DNA of 64,000 bases from Tubiluchus corallicola (GCA_030141605.1 JAQGDQ010000366.1:169350-233349), one strand, 5' to 3'. Shown: positions 1 to 12,380, counted from the stretch's first letter. A program made the numbers and translations. The notes: generated by a model from the sequence alone, not told the origin.

Positions 1-1362
1 ATCTGATCATATCCGATTATTTCAGATTTATATCTTTTTAATTTGACAGTCGTTTTCAGATTCAGATATAGTTTACTTCCAAATTAGTACAATAATAAGT
101 TGCTTAAATGTGGAAAAAGGATAGTGAAAGACTGAAAGAGGTCCTCACGTCAAACCATCCGTTTGTTTGTGCGTTTGTCTTCAGCTTAATTTGTCGTAAG
201 AATTTCTTCTGCAAACTTCAAGTTAATTTAAGTGGAAAAGCAGCGAAAAGTGGTTGATTCGTTAACCTATATGCTTTTTCCCACCCCTTCTCTTTTTGTC
301 TTATATTTGATATTTGTTGTGTATAATGGCATGAGCTTATATGCACATATTCTGTGAAATATACTGCACTTTTTTTCTTTCTAAAAATATATGTAAGTTA
401 GGCAGTTTTTTTGGAAAAAATAAAAGTGTTAGAGCAAGAATTTATATGTGAATTACAAACTAAACCATGCTGCGTACAAATCGGCAACAACGTGGTATCT
501 ACTAACTACTAGTTTCAATAGAGCACGTGAATCAGTTCAAGAAGCTGCTTTACTGTGTCCAGCGCAAAACGAAGTGCGGGGAAAAAACATGTATTACTAC
601 TGCATAGGCATTCTTTTTTCAAATTTACTGTTAACTAAATTAGCAAATCGCAAAAAGGCCAGTTATCTTAATTCACCTTTAAATACTTTGTCGAAAGTCT
701 TTTACATCTGATTTGAGTAAATATGGTCTGTAAATGTTATAATTATAGGCATTGTTATGATGATCAAAATGTATGCCGTAGTTAATTTTTATGACACAGC
801 CAATCACTGTGGCCTGTGAGATTGCTCAGATGCTTAGGTAATCATAACTACACGCCAGTGTTCATCTGTTCAGTGTTGGGTTCATTACTTTTGAAAAGTA
901 TGTTGTCATGATTGCTCATTACTTTGGTAAAATTGTAATCAGATTACTCCTTACTGATTACTTTTATCAAGGGTAATCCCTTACTGATTATACATTACTT
1001 TTGTGTGGTAGTTTGGCTTATGATGTAGCGAAAGTGTGCATCTGTTTGGCTTTTGTGAAGTCAGATCATTGCTAAGAACTACTGTAATTTGTCTAAATCT
1101 ATCATCTTTTTATTTTACTCTGCAATTTATTTAGCAAAAATTCACTGCCGTATATATAGAGTTTAGTTTTAGATGTTGAATAAATCGATGTGAAATTTGT
1201 TATTTAAGCCTATCTAGCAAACCTACACAACATTTTTTGGTTCTAAATTTCATTCATATTTTTATATTTCCATATTCAGGTATATCTAAGTCGCCATCTA
1301 TTCAAGTTGCTTGTTTGCATGCATATTATTATTATTATTATCGTATATATTAATTTTGCTGG

Positions 1363-1393
<31 letters not shown>

Positions 1394-1398
1394 ATATA

Positions 1399-2134
1399 TT
1401 ATAACCGACAAGGCTACAGCTCCAAAAACGGCACCATTCTCGATGATCAGTACATCAAACAAAAGTGCCAGACCCACAGATTTGCCACAGGGAGTTTATT
1501 TTTCGAATCGGGCCCACCGAAAGGCATGGGAGGCAAAAAACCTCCAAAAATGGTCCTTTTTTGACCATTTTTTGCAAGAAATTGCAAAACTTATACCTCT
1601 TATTCCTAGAGAATGGGAACATGTCGGCAGCAGTGTCAGTAATGGTTAGATAGCCCATTTAACTTCAACGGTGGGTGTTATAGTCATATTTAGATTTTGC
1701 AGGGGGACCAAGTCGCCCTGCAACAGGCGCTTTCCCGGATCCAACTCTCAATTTTCTCAAAACTTTGGTCAAACAGCCTGCAGGAAAAATGTTCTAGCGT
1801 CCTCTGATGGAACTATCGAAAGTTTATATATAGATCTTTTGAAAGAGGCGGAACAGGGCTACACAATGATAGCTACGTTTTAGGACACCTCCACTGTGAG
1901 GAGCTGCGATGAGTTGATTGGAGGTTCCATTTTCGGCAATTCTCACTTGGAAAACTACTGTCGCGAAGCCATTGTTCTGACGTCATCCATTATTCTCTGC
2001 TTATAACCTTATAACTTTAATTCAGCAAAAGCTGCTGCTGGCTTTGCATTATAAATGAGGACTATGTAGGATGTTCGCGTATTATTGATTATAAGTGTAT
2101 TTATTCGCAAAAGTTTTTGTGGGGCCTTTGCTAG
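1399..2134 (+). mobile_element. Non-autonomous Helitron/Helentron-like (HINE-like) repeat
   Basis: About 1730-2130 is strongly similar to 49913-50310 (shared GGTCAAACAGCCTGCAG and GTAGGATGTTCGCGTATTATTGAT). The 3' end has a short hairpin (GCAAAAGTTTTTGT) then CTAG-T. The left boundary and superfamily are inferred. Confidence 0.5.
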
Positions 2135-2147
2135 TTATTATAATTAA

Positions 2148-2191
2148 TGTTATTATTATTATTATATTATTATTATTATTATTATTATTAT

Positions 2192-2224
<33 letters not shown>

Positions 2225-2305
2225 CACTACCACCACTACTACTACTACTACTACTATTATTAGTAGTAGTAGTTGTTGTAGTATTATTATTATCATTATT
2301 ATTAT
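2148..2305. repeat. Compound (TAT)n/(TAC)n/(TAG)n microsatellite
   Basis: Directly visible trinucleotide runs. Confidence 0.95.
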
Positions 2306-2340
2306 CAGCCAATACACTGTTCATAAATATTGCATGATGG

Positions 2341-2619
2341 ATGAAAAGACTTAAACATTTTTTCAGGTTTCCTCACGGTGATCCTACAAAGCTAAGCAGT
2401 GGGATACAGGCAGTTCGCTGGAAGAGCTGGAAGCTGGAGAAGGGCAAACATCTCCTCTGCAGTGCACATTTTGTAGAAAGTGACTTTGAGATCATTCAGG
2501 ATCCTCGGTCTTGTCCTCGTCTCAAAAGCTCAGCTGTACCATCACCATCACTTTTTCACTTTCCTGTTCATTTACAGAAATGTGAAACCATAAATTGCAA
2601 ATCCATCACATATTTATAA
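2341..2619 (+). pseudogene. Degenerate THAP-domain fragment, probably from a DNA transposon
   Basis: FFRFP...LCSAHFVESDF...RLKSSAVPS..LF matches the THAP CSxHF and AVPT/S motifs. The N-terminal CxxxxC is missing and the conserved Trp is replaced. Confidence 0.65.
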
Positions 2620-2964
2620 AATCAGGCACTAAATTTCCTTTGCTTTGTATATAAATGCACTTCAGTTCTCGATTTTTAATGCACGTAAACTATGACATAA
2701 TGATCGAAAAGCACATTTTAACTTGTTCATTTGATTAGAATAAATTAGTTTTGTTGCAGGCCATTCTCTGAGACCATGGGCTCTCACATCAGAAGGTAAA
2801 GGACTGAATAGGTAGGTGTAATTTGTGTACGAATTCCTCCCGTGTTTAGCTTGTATTCTGCATGTTGAAATGTTTAGCTCATCTCAATTTGACGTGTTGA
2901 AACATGTTTACATTCACTTGCGTTTACGGCAGTGGCACAATGAGACCTTGTTACTGTTACTTAA

Positions 2965-3700
2965 AGGACAAGAAAAGGGGTACCCGAAGTAGGTTTCAGA
3001 AAAATCGCCTTAAAAAATTATATTACTTTACAGCAATTTTATGCGTATATCGTACTCGCGTTGAAAGGAATTTTCGTTTGTTTTCATTTTAAATCTCCCG
3101 CAATACTGTTCCAAAGGCGCCATTACATGACGTCACTAAAACACGTAAATCAGGGGAAGAAAAGGCAATGTTAAATTATGACCCAAAAGACTTTCTGTGC
3201 AAATCTATATGTAACTAGACTAATAATTTAGAATGTTTGTGCCAATTGGTAAAATGTCGCTGACTCACCCTCCAGGGTGCGCCACTCACTAACCAAAAAC
3301 GTATTTTTAATCTTATTGACAAGATACAGTAATTTAAAATTTTACTTAGTTAGTGACATGTGTGCTACGAATGCTCTGATTATTTTTTCAAACTTTACAA
3401 AATGTTATCAAAACTTGTTTCAAACGACCTACCATTAAAATGGCTGCGTCTAACGGTCATCGCGGGAGTTTAAATTTACACGTTTTATACAGCGTTACTG
3501 CCGATGCAAGCCCTGCATGCAAAAAGGTAGTATGTAAGTGGTATAAAATTTCAAGACAAATTTTTTAAGCTTTATGTAAGTGGAAGGTTTTTTTTTGTGC
3601 TTCAAGTCTTGCTGAGTATTTTTACAATGAAATCAAAACTTGCAATTTAAGACTTACTGTACCAGTATTTATGCGGCCAACTTCTAGAGAAAATTCTTTG
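2965..3700 (+). mobile_element. TTAA-AGG terminus MITE family A (Kolobok/T2-like)
   Basis: Begins TTAA|AGGACAAGAAAAGGG. Homologous to an inverted copy at 47290-47856 and to partial copies at ~31080-31320 and ~58960-59300. The right end is approximate. Confidence 0.65.
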
Positions 3701-4004
3701 CATAATTACACTCTTTAAGAATTTAAAGTCACGTGTAAGAAACATATAATGAAACTGTTTTCTTTACCTTGTCATTGCAGTGCAAGGGAAACAACAGTAA
3801 ATCTTCCTATCCCCTATTTTGATGTGTTGCTAAGGAAATGTTCATTTTCCTTAAAATCGCTCCTTGAAATGAGTGATGACACCTGTTTGAGATGCTTCAG
3901 GTTGTCCGATGTATGTCGAACCTCTAAACTTTACAGCAGGTGGAGGGACATATTATTTGCATAATTCGTGTATATCACAATTCTCTGAGACATACCAGAC
4001 GTAA

Positions 4005-4614
4005 AGGAAAACCAGACCCAATATTAAACTGTAGGTCAAAACTATCTACTCTTTAAAATATTGAAAGTAAACACACTATTTTTTCAAAAATGACCTTGTG
4101 AAAGAATTATTACCACGTAATTTCGCATTTGCGCCACTAGTTCTTCTCTGCTACATGCATTTCTTTATTCGTTAGTTAGATGGGCACTAAGCGCCTGCAT
4201 CGGAAATGCGTTACATAAAGAACAGATGCTGTACCGCTCAAATCAGATGTGTTAGTTTGTGACGAACTACACATGTTTGACAGTTCATGCGTGAGCACAA
4301 CGGTAAATTTGAAATTTGAATTTTTATCTTAAAACTTGCCTTGTTTTAGTACAACACACTGAATATCTTACAGTAGCACTGTACATAAATTTTCTCTTTT
4401 GCAAACACGTGCAACACACTTGTGGAATAATTTTGCTGTTGAAAATTATGTTAGTTTGTGATGTCATCATTATTTGGGCTCGTCTGCCATTAATTTAGTT
4501 TTTAATTTATTATTTAATTATCAGAAATGCTTTGCAGTATTAATTGTGTTAAAATGTATACTTTTTAACAGACTTAAAAATGGGGTAGTATATGAAAAAT
4601 CGTTCTGTCTTCCT
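4005..4614 (+). mobile_element. TTAA-AGG terminus MITE family B (Kolobok/T2-like)
   Basis: Imperfect TIRs: (G)TAA|AGGAAAACCAGAC ... GTTCTGTCTTCCT|TTAA. An inverted homolog lies at 24082-24667. Confidence 0.7.
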
Positions 4615-4945
4615 TTAAACGTACAGGCATATGCGTTATGCTTCATCTATGTACATAATTTTAAGTTAATTAATTTATTAATTAGTTCTATCTACTAATT
4701 CTTATTTACTGTGTGCAACTAATCTTATGGATGCTTTTACGGCTGAAATAAAATTGAAATTGAAAAGAAAGTAAGAAAGTTGAAAACAATCATGATTTGT
4801 TTTTCACAGCATGCACCATTGGAGCTAACTTGTGAATCTACCTGTGATCGCTGAAGCTTGACTGGTATTGGTAATCGTGCTGCCGGTCTGAGGTAATCTT
4901 TTTGTGGATCTGTTAAATCCTAAAAATTTGGAGACTCTAGCCACT

Positions 4946-5420
4946 TCTTCTTCCCAGCTTTTCCCTATGCGGGGTCGCCGTTGTGAATGAGTCCTTTCCA
5001 CGCATTCCTGTTGTTGACCATCTCTTCATTTTATGTCTTCCCTTCCCACGTGAACTTCACCGACTCTTCTTTTCAGGTGTCCATACTATCGCAATCTTGC
5101 GAGGCTTCCACTACTTTTACTGTTCCTCTGATATTATTATTTCTAATTTTATCTCTTCTTGTTATTCCCACCATCCATCTCAACATCCTCATCTCCACCA
5201 CACCCATTTTCTTCTCTTCGGTCTTCTTTAGAGAAGCTGCTTCCAGCCCATAGATTAGAGCGGGTCTGACCACTTCTTTGTGGAGACTCATTCATAGAAG
5301 GTTTTGGCACAGTTTTTACAGGCAGATGCCTGTAAAAACTGACCCTAACCCTCCCTATTTATCCGGGCTTGGGACCGGCACTGAGTTGGGCTGGCTTGCC
5401 CCCCCCCCCAGTGGCTAGGT
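4946..5420 (-). mobile_element. Short internally deleted RTE-clade non-LTR element, complete with TSDs
   Basis: Minus-strand RT C-terminal peptide VVRPALIYGLEA...EMRMLRWMVGITRRDKIRN is typical of RTE. It has an (AAG)n tail at ~4944-4952 and a 19-bp TSD TTTGGAGAC(T/A)CTAGCCACT at 4927-4945 and 5421-5439. Confidence 0.88.
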
Positions 5421-5421
5421 T
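5343..5421 (-). ncRNA. Twister ribozyme core (3' cleavage product; P1 5' strand absent)
   Basis: Minus strand reads AA-CCUA-GCC-ACUG...CAGU-GCCGG-UCCC-AAGC-CCGG-AUAAA-UAGG-GAGGG-UUAGGG. This gives P2 CCUA/UAGG, a P3 hairpin, P4 CCGG/CCGG and the L4 UCCCAAGC twister hallmark. Confidence 0.85.
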
Positions 5422-5580
5422 TTGGAGACACTAGCCACTATTTTATTGATTATTTTGCCCTTGTGCAAAGCTATAGTTGTCGATAGCAGCTTTATTTTCC
5501 TTATTAACTGTCACATTTCTGTGGTCTGATTCGTAACCTGCATTATGCAGATATAATGCAGTCAGTGCGTAACACTTTAC

Positions 5581-5800
5581 TACAGAATACAGAATAAGTT
5601 CATTGTCTCAATAACATAATCAACATAGCATTAACAAATGATGTGACTACTAAGAGAGACAGGGTGACGAAACGACCGAAAGGTCATCGAGTCTACCACC
5701 CTTCTACTAATTTAATAACAAAACTCTACTTAGATTAGTACTGTGAGCTATGTAAATTAAACTATAATGTAAATGTAAATTATATTTTATTTTATCTAAA
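5581..5800 (-). mobile_element. LINE 3' end with conserved stem-loop and (TATTCTG)n-type tail
   Basis: The stem-loop at 5662-5701 is homologous to 23160-23200 and 43831-43870. A short tandem tail lies at 5581-5597. Confidence 0.55.
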
Positions 5801-6746
5801 GCATTATTCTTGTATAGCAGCAGTTGTTAGTTAGTAGCGTGTGCATATGTCATAATTGCATAGCTGGATTAGTCAGTAATATGTGAAAATAATTTTAAGT
5901 TACAAATTAAAATTAATCAATACTTTGTCATATAGCATAACTGTTAACTGATACAGACCACGTGCAGCCATAAGCATACTAGACAATAGAATTAACGATA
6001 AACTTTTGTTAGCAGGTTTGGCAAGTTGCCTGAATCTTGCAGTGAAAGCCAGTTGACATTGTGCAAGATGTACGTGCAGGAGTGACGGTTTAGAAGGTCG
6101 AACATTTTGCTCAAAAGTCAGCGTGCAGCACAATTGTGCCATCGTTGTATCACAGACATGGTACCATGTGCTGGATTGTGTCGGTGTCCGGAACTGTTTC
6201 CACTGACAGTGACCGGGGCTGCAGCTTTCAGGTAATCCGAGAGAACTGAAATTGACAGCAGGTTTCGACACTTTGCCGCCAGCACTGGACCTTAATTTAT
6301 CCGACAGAAGTGAAGCGACATCTGTTAGTTTACTGACTGTGAGAATCACTAAAGTTGTTTATTTGATTTAAACTTTAAGCTGAAATTGTTTCATAAAACT
6401 ACAAAATAATAAACATGCAAGGAGGTCAGACAACTCAATCAGAGACTCTGCTAATGAAAGTTTTGCTTAACTGTGATCGTAGCTATAAACTTTTCCCAAC
6501 GTGCAACGTACCTTGTGGCATAAATACGCTCCAATAACCACGAAGGTTTTTCACAATGAGTTCCGTTAGTGGAAACTACAGCACGCAGAGGTACATTCTT
6601 TCTATGGTCCTTAGGAAGACCACACAAAGTTCAGGGCATCTTGAGTGGAGATTCACTCACGATGCCCTGAACTTTATGGTCTTCCTTAGGACTATAAGAA
6701 GAACGTACTTGTGGCATAAATTATACTTGTCCTCATCACTAGTTAT

Positions 6747-7052
6747 CAGGGCCGGAACTAGATGTGGCAAGCAGGGGGGCGCAAAAATTTTCTGGGGGGG
6801 GGGCGAGGTATCCGAAGTGGTTAAATAATGGTTAAGCCGATTTTCAACCCCTTTTATTCTGCATGCAGGCCTATAATTAACATGTGTGTAGGACGGCGTA
6901 GCAAACATTTTTTACCTAATTCTAATTCATATTGAAAATGATTACATGCGGACTGCAATTTTCACTGCAAAAAAAATTATTCGTCTGATTTTGCGGGGGG
7001 GGCGCAAATTTTGACAGTTTGACCCCCCCGCTCCCTCCTAGTTCCGCCCCTG
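6747..7052. mobile_element. hAT-type MITE
   Basis: TIRs CAGGGCCGGAACTAG / CTAGTTCCGCCCCTG with a perfect 8-bp TSD CTAGTTAT (6739-6746, 7053-7060). Confidence 0.9.
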
Positions 7053-7060
7053 CTAGTTAT

Positions 7061-8641
7061 GTAGTTCATCCTTAGCAGGTGCAAGGAAAAGGAATCATCG
7101 CATTCTGATTCCTTATCTTGCTCTTCGACAAACTTGACAGATTATCACTAGTTGTCTGGTCGTCTCTGCTAATACTTCGACGACTCGGTTTTTGCCCTTT
7201 TGACTGGAATGATTTTGTACTACACCTGTTAGCTATATGTCCGGTTTTCTTGTATTTGTGGCATGTAGCGTCTTTCATGTTACACTTAGGTGCAATGTGA
7301 TTTCCACCACACCTGCAACATACAACTAATGATGCTTTGGCTTATCAATACCATTATACTGGCAGTTTTTCACCAATTTTATTTTATTCGCTGCCCCAGA
7401 ACATCTTATTTCCTTGCTTTGCTGTTGCGTCATCTCCATGGCCATTGCAACTTGGCATGCCTTTTCAAAAGTCACGTTATCAGTATGTAAAAGCTTATTC
7501 TGGATTCTACTATGCATTGATCCACGTACAAATCGGTTCCGTAAGACTTAACTCTCGACAAAAACTCCCCGTAATTGACGTACAGTGATTCCTCGAGATA
7601 CGAAATTAATTAGTTCCGGAGGGGCTTTCGTACTTAGAATTTTCGTATTATGAGACAAGATTTATTACGATTTATTATTTATAAATGGCGTAATTCATTA
7701 CAGAGATCCCCCCCCCCCCCCCGAAAACAGTCATATAAAGTGTGAATATTGTACCCACCCAAAAGAAAATGTATCATAACAACATTTATTATTTTTGATT
7801 GATTTTATTATTTTCTCATTGTTTTTAACATTTATGCAAATGATTATGTTGTCATTAACGAACATATGACACTTTACCTTTCGAAGCGTTCACATGTTGC
7901 ACACAACAAAGCATTCACGTGATGCTACGAAATGCATTCTGGGAGGACTGCTGTCGGGCGGCACTTGCGATTTTCGTTTTCGTATCTTGAATATCTTCGT
8001 TAAATGGGACGGAAATTTCTTTGAAGCCCGATTCGTATTCTGAACTTTTCGTATAATGGGGTTTTCATTAGTCGAGGTTCCACTGTAAAAATAGTTTTTC
8101 AGTGCTGCAATAAACCTTGCACGCTTTCTCCTTTTTGGCTGAGTATGTCAAAATGAAATGATGCCAGATACCATAAATGGTGCAAATTGTGCATCTAGCG
8201 AAAGTGTGTACACTAAGTTTTGACGCCAATTTTCAAAGGATGTAATAGTCTCTGTTTTAGACAAACTGCACGATGTGTAGTTGCCATAATTTGACTTTAC
8301 AATAACTCAATTTATCAAATAAACTACACGAAGCCAGGAGCTTAAATTCCTGGATTGCTGGTCACTATTGTGCAGGTATCTGCTCCAACACGCTTACCAC
8401 TCCTTGAACTCGTCTACAGTAGGCTGGGTGACGTAAACATGCTGCCGCCACGGAGACAAGAAAAGGGAAACAGCAAATTCCAACAGTTAAAATGTAGTTT
8501 ATTTTAAATGAACTCGACAACAAAATACTAGGTTATAGTAAAAGGTCTAGTTAATCAGACCGCCATCGTCGAGATGATCTCCTCGACCAAGACGCACTAC
8601 CTAACTCTCATTCATCATCATCATCTCCTTACATTCTGCAC
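7061..8641 (-). mobile_element. Degenerate Gypsy LTR retrotransposon (gag with zinc knuckles, putative 5' LTR)
   Basis: Fragments IQNKLL...TFEKACQVAMAME and DATCHKYKKTGHIANRC are Gypsy gag-like, with frameshifts. A putative LTR at ~8369-8641 is followed by a PBS-like sequence. Confidence 0.7.
7583..8085. mobile_element. Tigger/pogo-like MITE nested in the Gypsy gag
   Basis: TA|CAGTGATTCCTCGA ... TCGAGGTTCCACTG|TA imperfect TIRs with a TA TSD. Confidence 0.85.
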
Positions 8642-10285
8642 TGTTAACGCAAACACAACAAATAGCATTGGCGATAGGTTAAATATAGAGGTTAAATACA
8701 GCCCATTTTTCTATGGCAGTTAACATACGCTACCTAAGTACCTTGACCATGAATACCTTAAGTACTCAAGCTCTATAAAAATTTTAAAATTTGTTTACTG
8801 GGCATTACCGCCTACCTTTCTTACTATTTATTTTCAACACATAAGCAGTGATTTCTTTTAAGATTACTTACCCACACCTCTTAATTTCGAGGTATAAAAC
8901 TGCATGATGGATAACGAAAAAACACAAAAACTGCTGATGCAAGAACACGGCGTTGCTTAAATTGTTGCTAGACGCAAAATCACGTGAATTCACTGCATTC
9001 TTCCTGCCATCTAGCGGACCTTTAATAAATAAAGTGTGCAGCGCTGTGTACCGATTTGCAGTCGCATGTGACGTCATATCATTGTCTCTTCGGGCGAGCT
9101 TTCACCTTTTGCTGCTTTCCTAAAAAGAATTTTTTATAACTTAACTTTTGTCAAAAATGACTCATTAAGTGTGTATTCCAGTTTGAACCAGCCTTCTGGT
9201 GAACAACTTAACTTAAATGCTTTCCTGATGACGTTTTCTAGAAAATGTCTCTTGCATCTGGCAGCAGCATTTTTCTTCCAGGTCATTTGGAAGGAATTTT
9301 CCGAAATTTCCACTGCAGCCCAATCTGAATGTAGGCTCTCACCAAGTGTGTCTGAATGTGAGGTCAAAAGGAGTGATCCTTGTCAAATATTTTGTGGACG
9401 AAAAATGAAAGTTAACGTAAGTCGTCTTCAGGACATAGAGAATGCTGTTCCTGATGTTCTCGACAGATTATCTGTTTATCAGTTTTATGAAAAGACTTTA
9501 CCTAAAAGCGTTCTAGAGGGAAAGACCATCAAGCACAAAACTTGATGAAAATCGCAAGAGAAAAGTGTGTAACTTTATTTGTGCAAAATTTCGACATTTT
9601 AGCACATTTTTCGTCAGTTTCTATAAGACGCACTTTAAATTCAGCAAGGAAAATCCTCCGTTTTTATTATTATTATAAGCCTTTTATTTACCTCTCTTTG
9701 CAGATACAATTACAGATATATATATATATATATATATACATATACAGTCAACATACAAAATATAATAAGTAATACAAATAACAGTGGGCCTTTGTATCTG
9801 CTACACAAGTTTACAAAACTGTTTTGCAATCTGTAAATTTATACAAAACTTTCCTACACTAAATGCAAGACATTATTATTTATACGCTAACATTATTACT
9901 ACATTATTTCGTATACTAACTTATTAATACATTAGCTAAAAAATCAATTTTTTTAATAATTATGCTTATTTAGCACAGTTTTCATTATAAAAGAATCTCA
10001 AACTGTATTTATAAAATCAAGTACAAAATCTCCTTTTCTTTGTATATAAATGCAATGCAGGAAGGTGGCGTCGCTGCAAAAATTAAGAAGTTCCGGTTAA
10101 TAGAGCTGTACTATAGTGGCTCTTTAAGATCTTTTTAGTTTTAACCTGCATTTTCTCACTAGATTTTTCTGGAACAAGTTGGTCACTTAGATTGTGTAAA
10201 CTTCGGCCCCGTTTCGATCCTTGTGGGATGCCCTTGATGGCTTATACCCGGTCGTTTCTGTGTGGTAGCTGATCTTAACATGCTA

Positions 10286-10890
10286 CAGTATTGCCTCTGT
10301 TTTCGCCCATAATTCGTTCCTAAAAAGTGTTTGAAAACCCATTTGGTTGAGTACCAAATCATTTATTCCCATGAGAAACAATGTAAAAGTAAATAATCCA
10401 TTTTCGAGCGGCAAATGAACTGTAAAGTATTACTAAAACGAAATATAATAATGCAAAAAAACATTGATATCATCAATTTCGCTATGCCATACATCGATGC
10501 AAAATTGGAAACACGAACTCCATTCTCATATTTTGTTACGATTTCTTTCTTTAGTTCTATATTCGCTCTCGCAGTTTTTCGTTTTCCTTTGTCACCGCCA
10601 CTTCCACTCTTCTTAGGAAACATGATTAGGTTAAGTATAACACAAAAATAAAAGTAATCCAGGAAAAATAAGCGTAGAAAGCACTTAGCGATGTTAGGCA
10701 ATTCAAATGTTGTGTGTGTGTGACTCTCTCGGGTGAGGTCGATTACGCTCGGCTCTACTCGGCTTGCCGCGAATGCGTTCATCACGTGTTTGGCGGTTGG
10801 TCGAGTACCGAAATTCTGGTCAAGAGCGCAAATAATTTCAGTTCGAATTTGCTGGTCGAAAACCATATGCATTAAGTTTACAGAGTAATA
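10286..10890 (-). mobile_element. Tigger/pogo remnant with N-terminal psq-HTH transposase fragment
   Basis: MFPKKSGSGGDKGKRKTARANIELKKEIVTKYENGVRVSNFASMYG resembles the Tigger transposase N-terminus. A TA|CAGT end lies at 10284-10289. Confidence 0.7.
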
Positions 10891-10899
10891 ATTTAAACC

Positions 10900-12380
10900 C
10901 CTAGCTTCCACTTCACTAGCAAATTTATCTTAAAATCTGCTGTAAGTCTAAGGTGCAGATTCATCAATCACTTTTCAACAGCAAACTGAATCACCACTAC
11001 ACTTGCTCAGCTTTCCTTTACAAGGCCATGCAAAAGCCACCCAAATATGGAATCAATAGCTGTGGAGGCTGCAGAGTAATGAAATGCTTTGAGTCCATTA
11101 TGTCCATCAGTTGGTGATAAATGTTACTACTAGCAGATGAATCTCTCGTGGATTGCCACTGAAAATCTCGGAGTTGCCGAGGGTTATGCCCTTTAAGTCT
11201 CCTAACTACTCACCTGCGGTACTTGTCGGAAAACGTTTCACTAGTTTATCTTGGGTGGTGGGGTTAAAGGTCACAATTTTTCCTGTATTTGTTCGAAGTT
11301 TAACATGAACAGTGTGGCATTTCTGCTGTTGTGTGCTAAGTCCACCCATAATAGCTAACGAAAGATTATGCTCACCTAAAATTTGGCAGCCTGCTCCTGC
11401 AGCATCACACAAAATAAGACAGATTGTGGCACCAGGATCTATAAAAACACAAATAGGAACCAATGATTTGGCACCTTCCAAACAACAGTGGCAGTCATTA
11501 AGAACACAACGTTTGTGCCAAAAGACTGTAAATGAACTGATGGAACATCAACACTTGCACCAGAAGTATTTGAACCTCTTTTAACATAAGGACTCACATG
11601 GGAGCTGCCAGCAATTGAATTGCACAATAAATAATGATGCCATTTACTACATCGCTTGCATGGAGCTTTACGGCAAGTATCAGATCTATGGTTTAAACCA
11701 AGACACAAAAAACAACAACCTACTGTTTTCGCTCTTGCAAAGTCATAATAGGAAGAGTAGCACAATCACGCAACATATGTTGAGCTCCACCACAAAATAA
11801 ATAATGGAAATTCTTTGAAGTTGAAGGTGCATTTTTAGTGTTACTACGAGAATCACTAGACTGAAGAACAGAAACTGAATTTAGGGTGCTCCTCACACCT
11901 AAATTCTTATACCCAGCATGACGACTGTAGTCATCGAACTCCCTATGGCGAGTATATGAAGCAGCCTTTCATCTAATATTAACTTTGCTTTTCATGAACT
12001 GTCAAAATTTTTCAAAGCCATCTTCTTGCCTTCTCATTTGTTCCCATTCAACATGCCAAGCATATGGAATTTTTGCTAAAAAGACAGCTAATTCTTCTAT
12101 TCTAAGTCCCATTGCAGTGAGGCCCCTTATAACAACTTCAAGCTCGTCTACAAAATTTCACTGTGCTTCAATATTTTTGAATCAGCAATATTTTCGATTG
12201 TCACAGTTTATTAATAATGACATCTTGCTTCTGTCTTTATCACCAAATCTCTCCTTCAGTAAGGAAACAACTTCCAGATACAGGCCATCTCTTACCTGAG
12301 CAGCCTCACCTTTAAGTAAATTCTTCAAGTAAACAAGTTTATGAACATCTGCAGATTTATTAACATTTAGCATTGAAGGC
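10900..12380 (-). mobile_element. Degenerate BEL/Pao retrotransposon gag-protease
   Basis: KLVYLKNLLKGEAA...LLKERFGD (DUF1759-like), the BEL triple knuckle CFLCLGLNHRSDTCRKAPCKRCSKWHHYLLC, and protease-like FIDPGAT. Many frameshifts. Confidence 0.82.

Noticed and set aside
5900-6349. 149-aa Cys/His-containing ORF
   Set aside because: No recognisable domain or splice structure; possibly decayed LINE ORF1, but unsupported.
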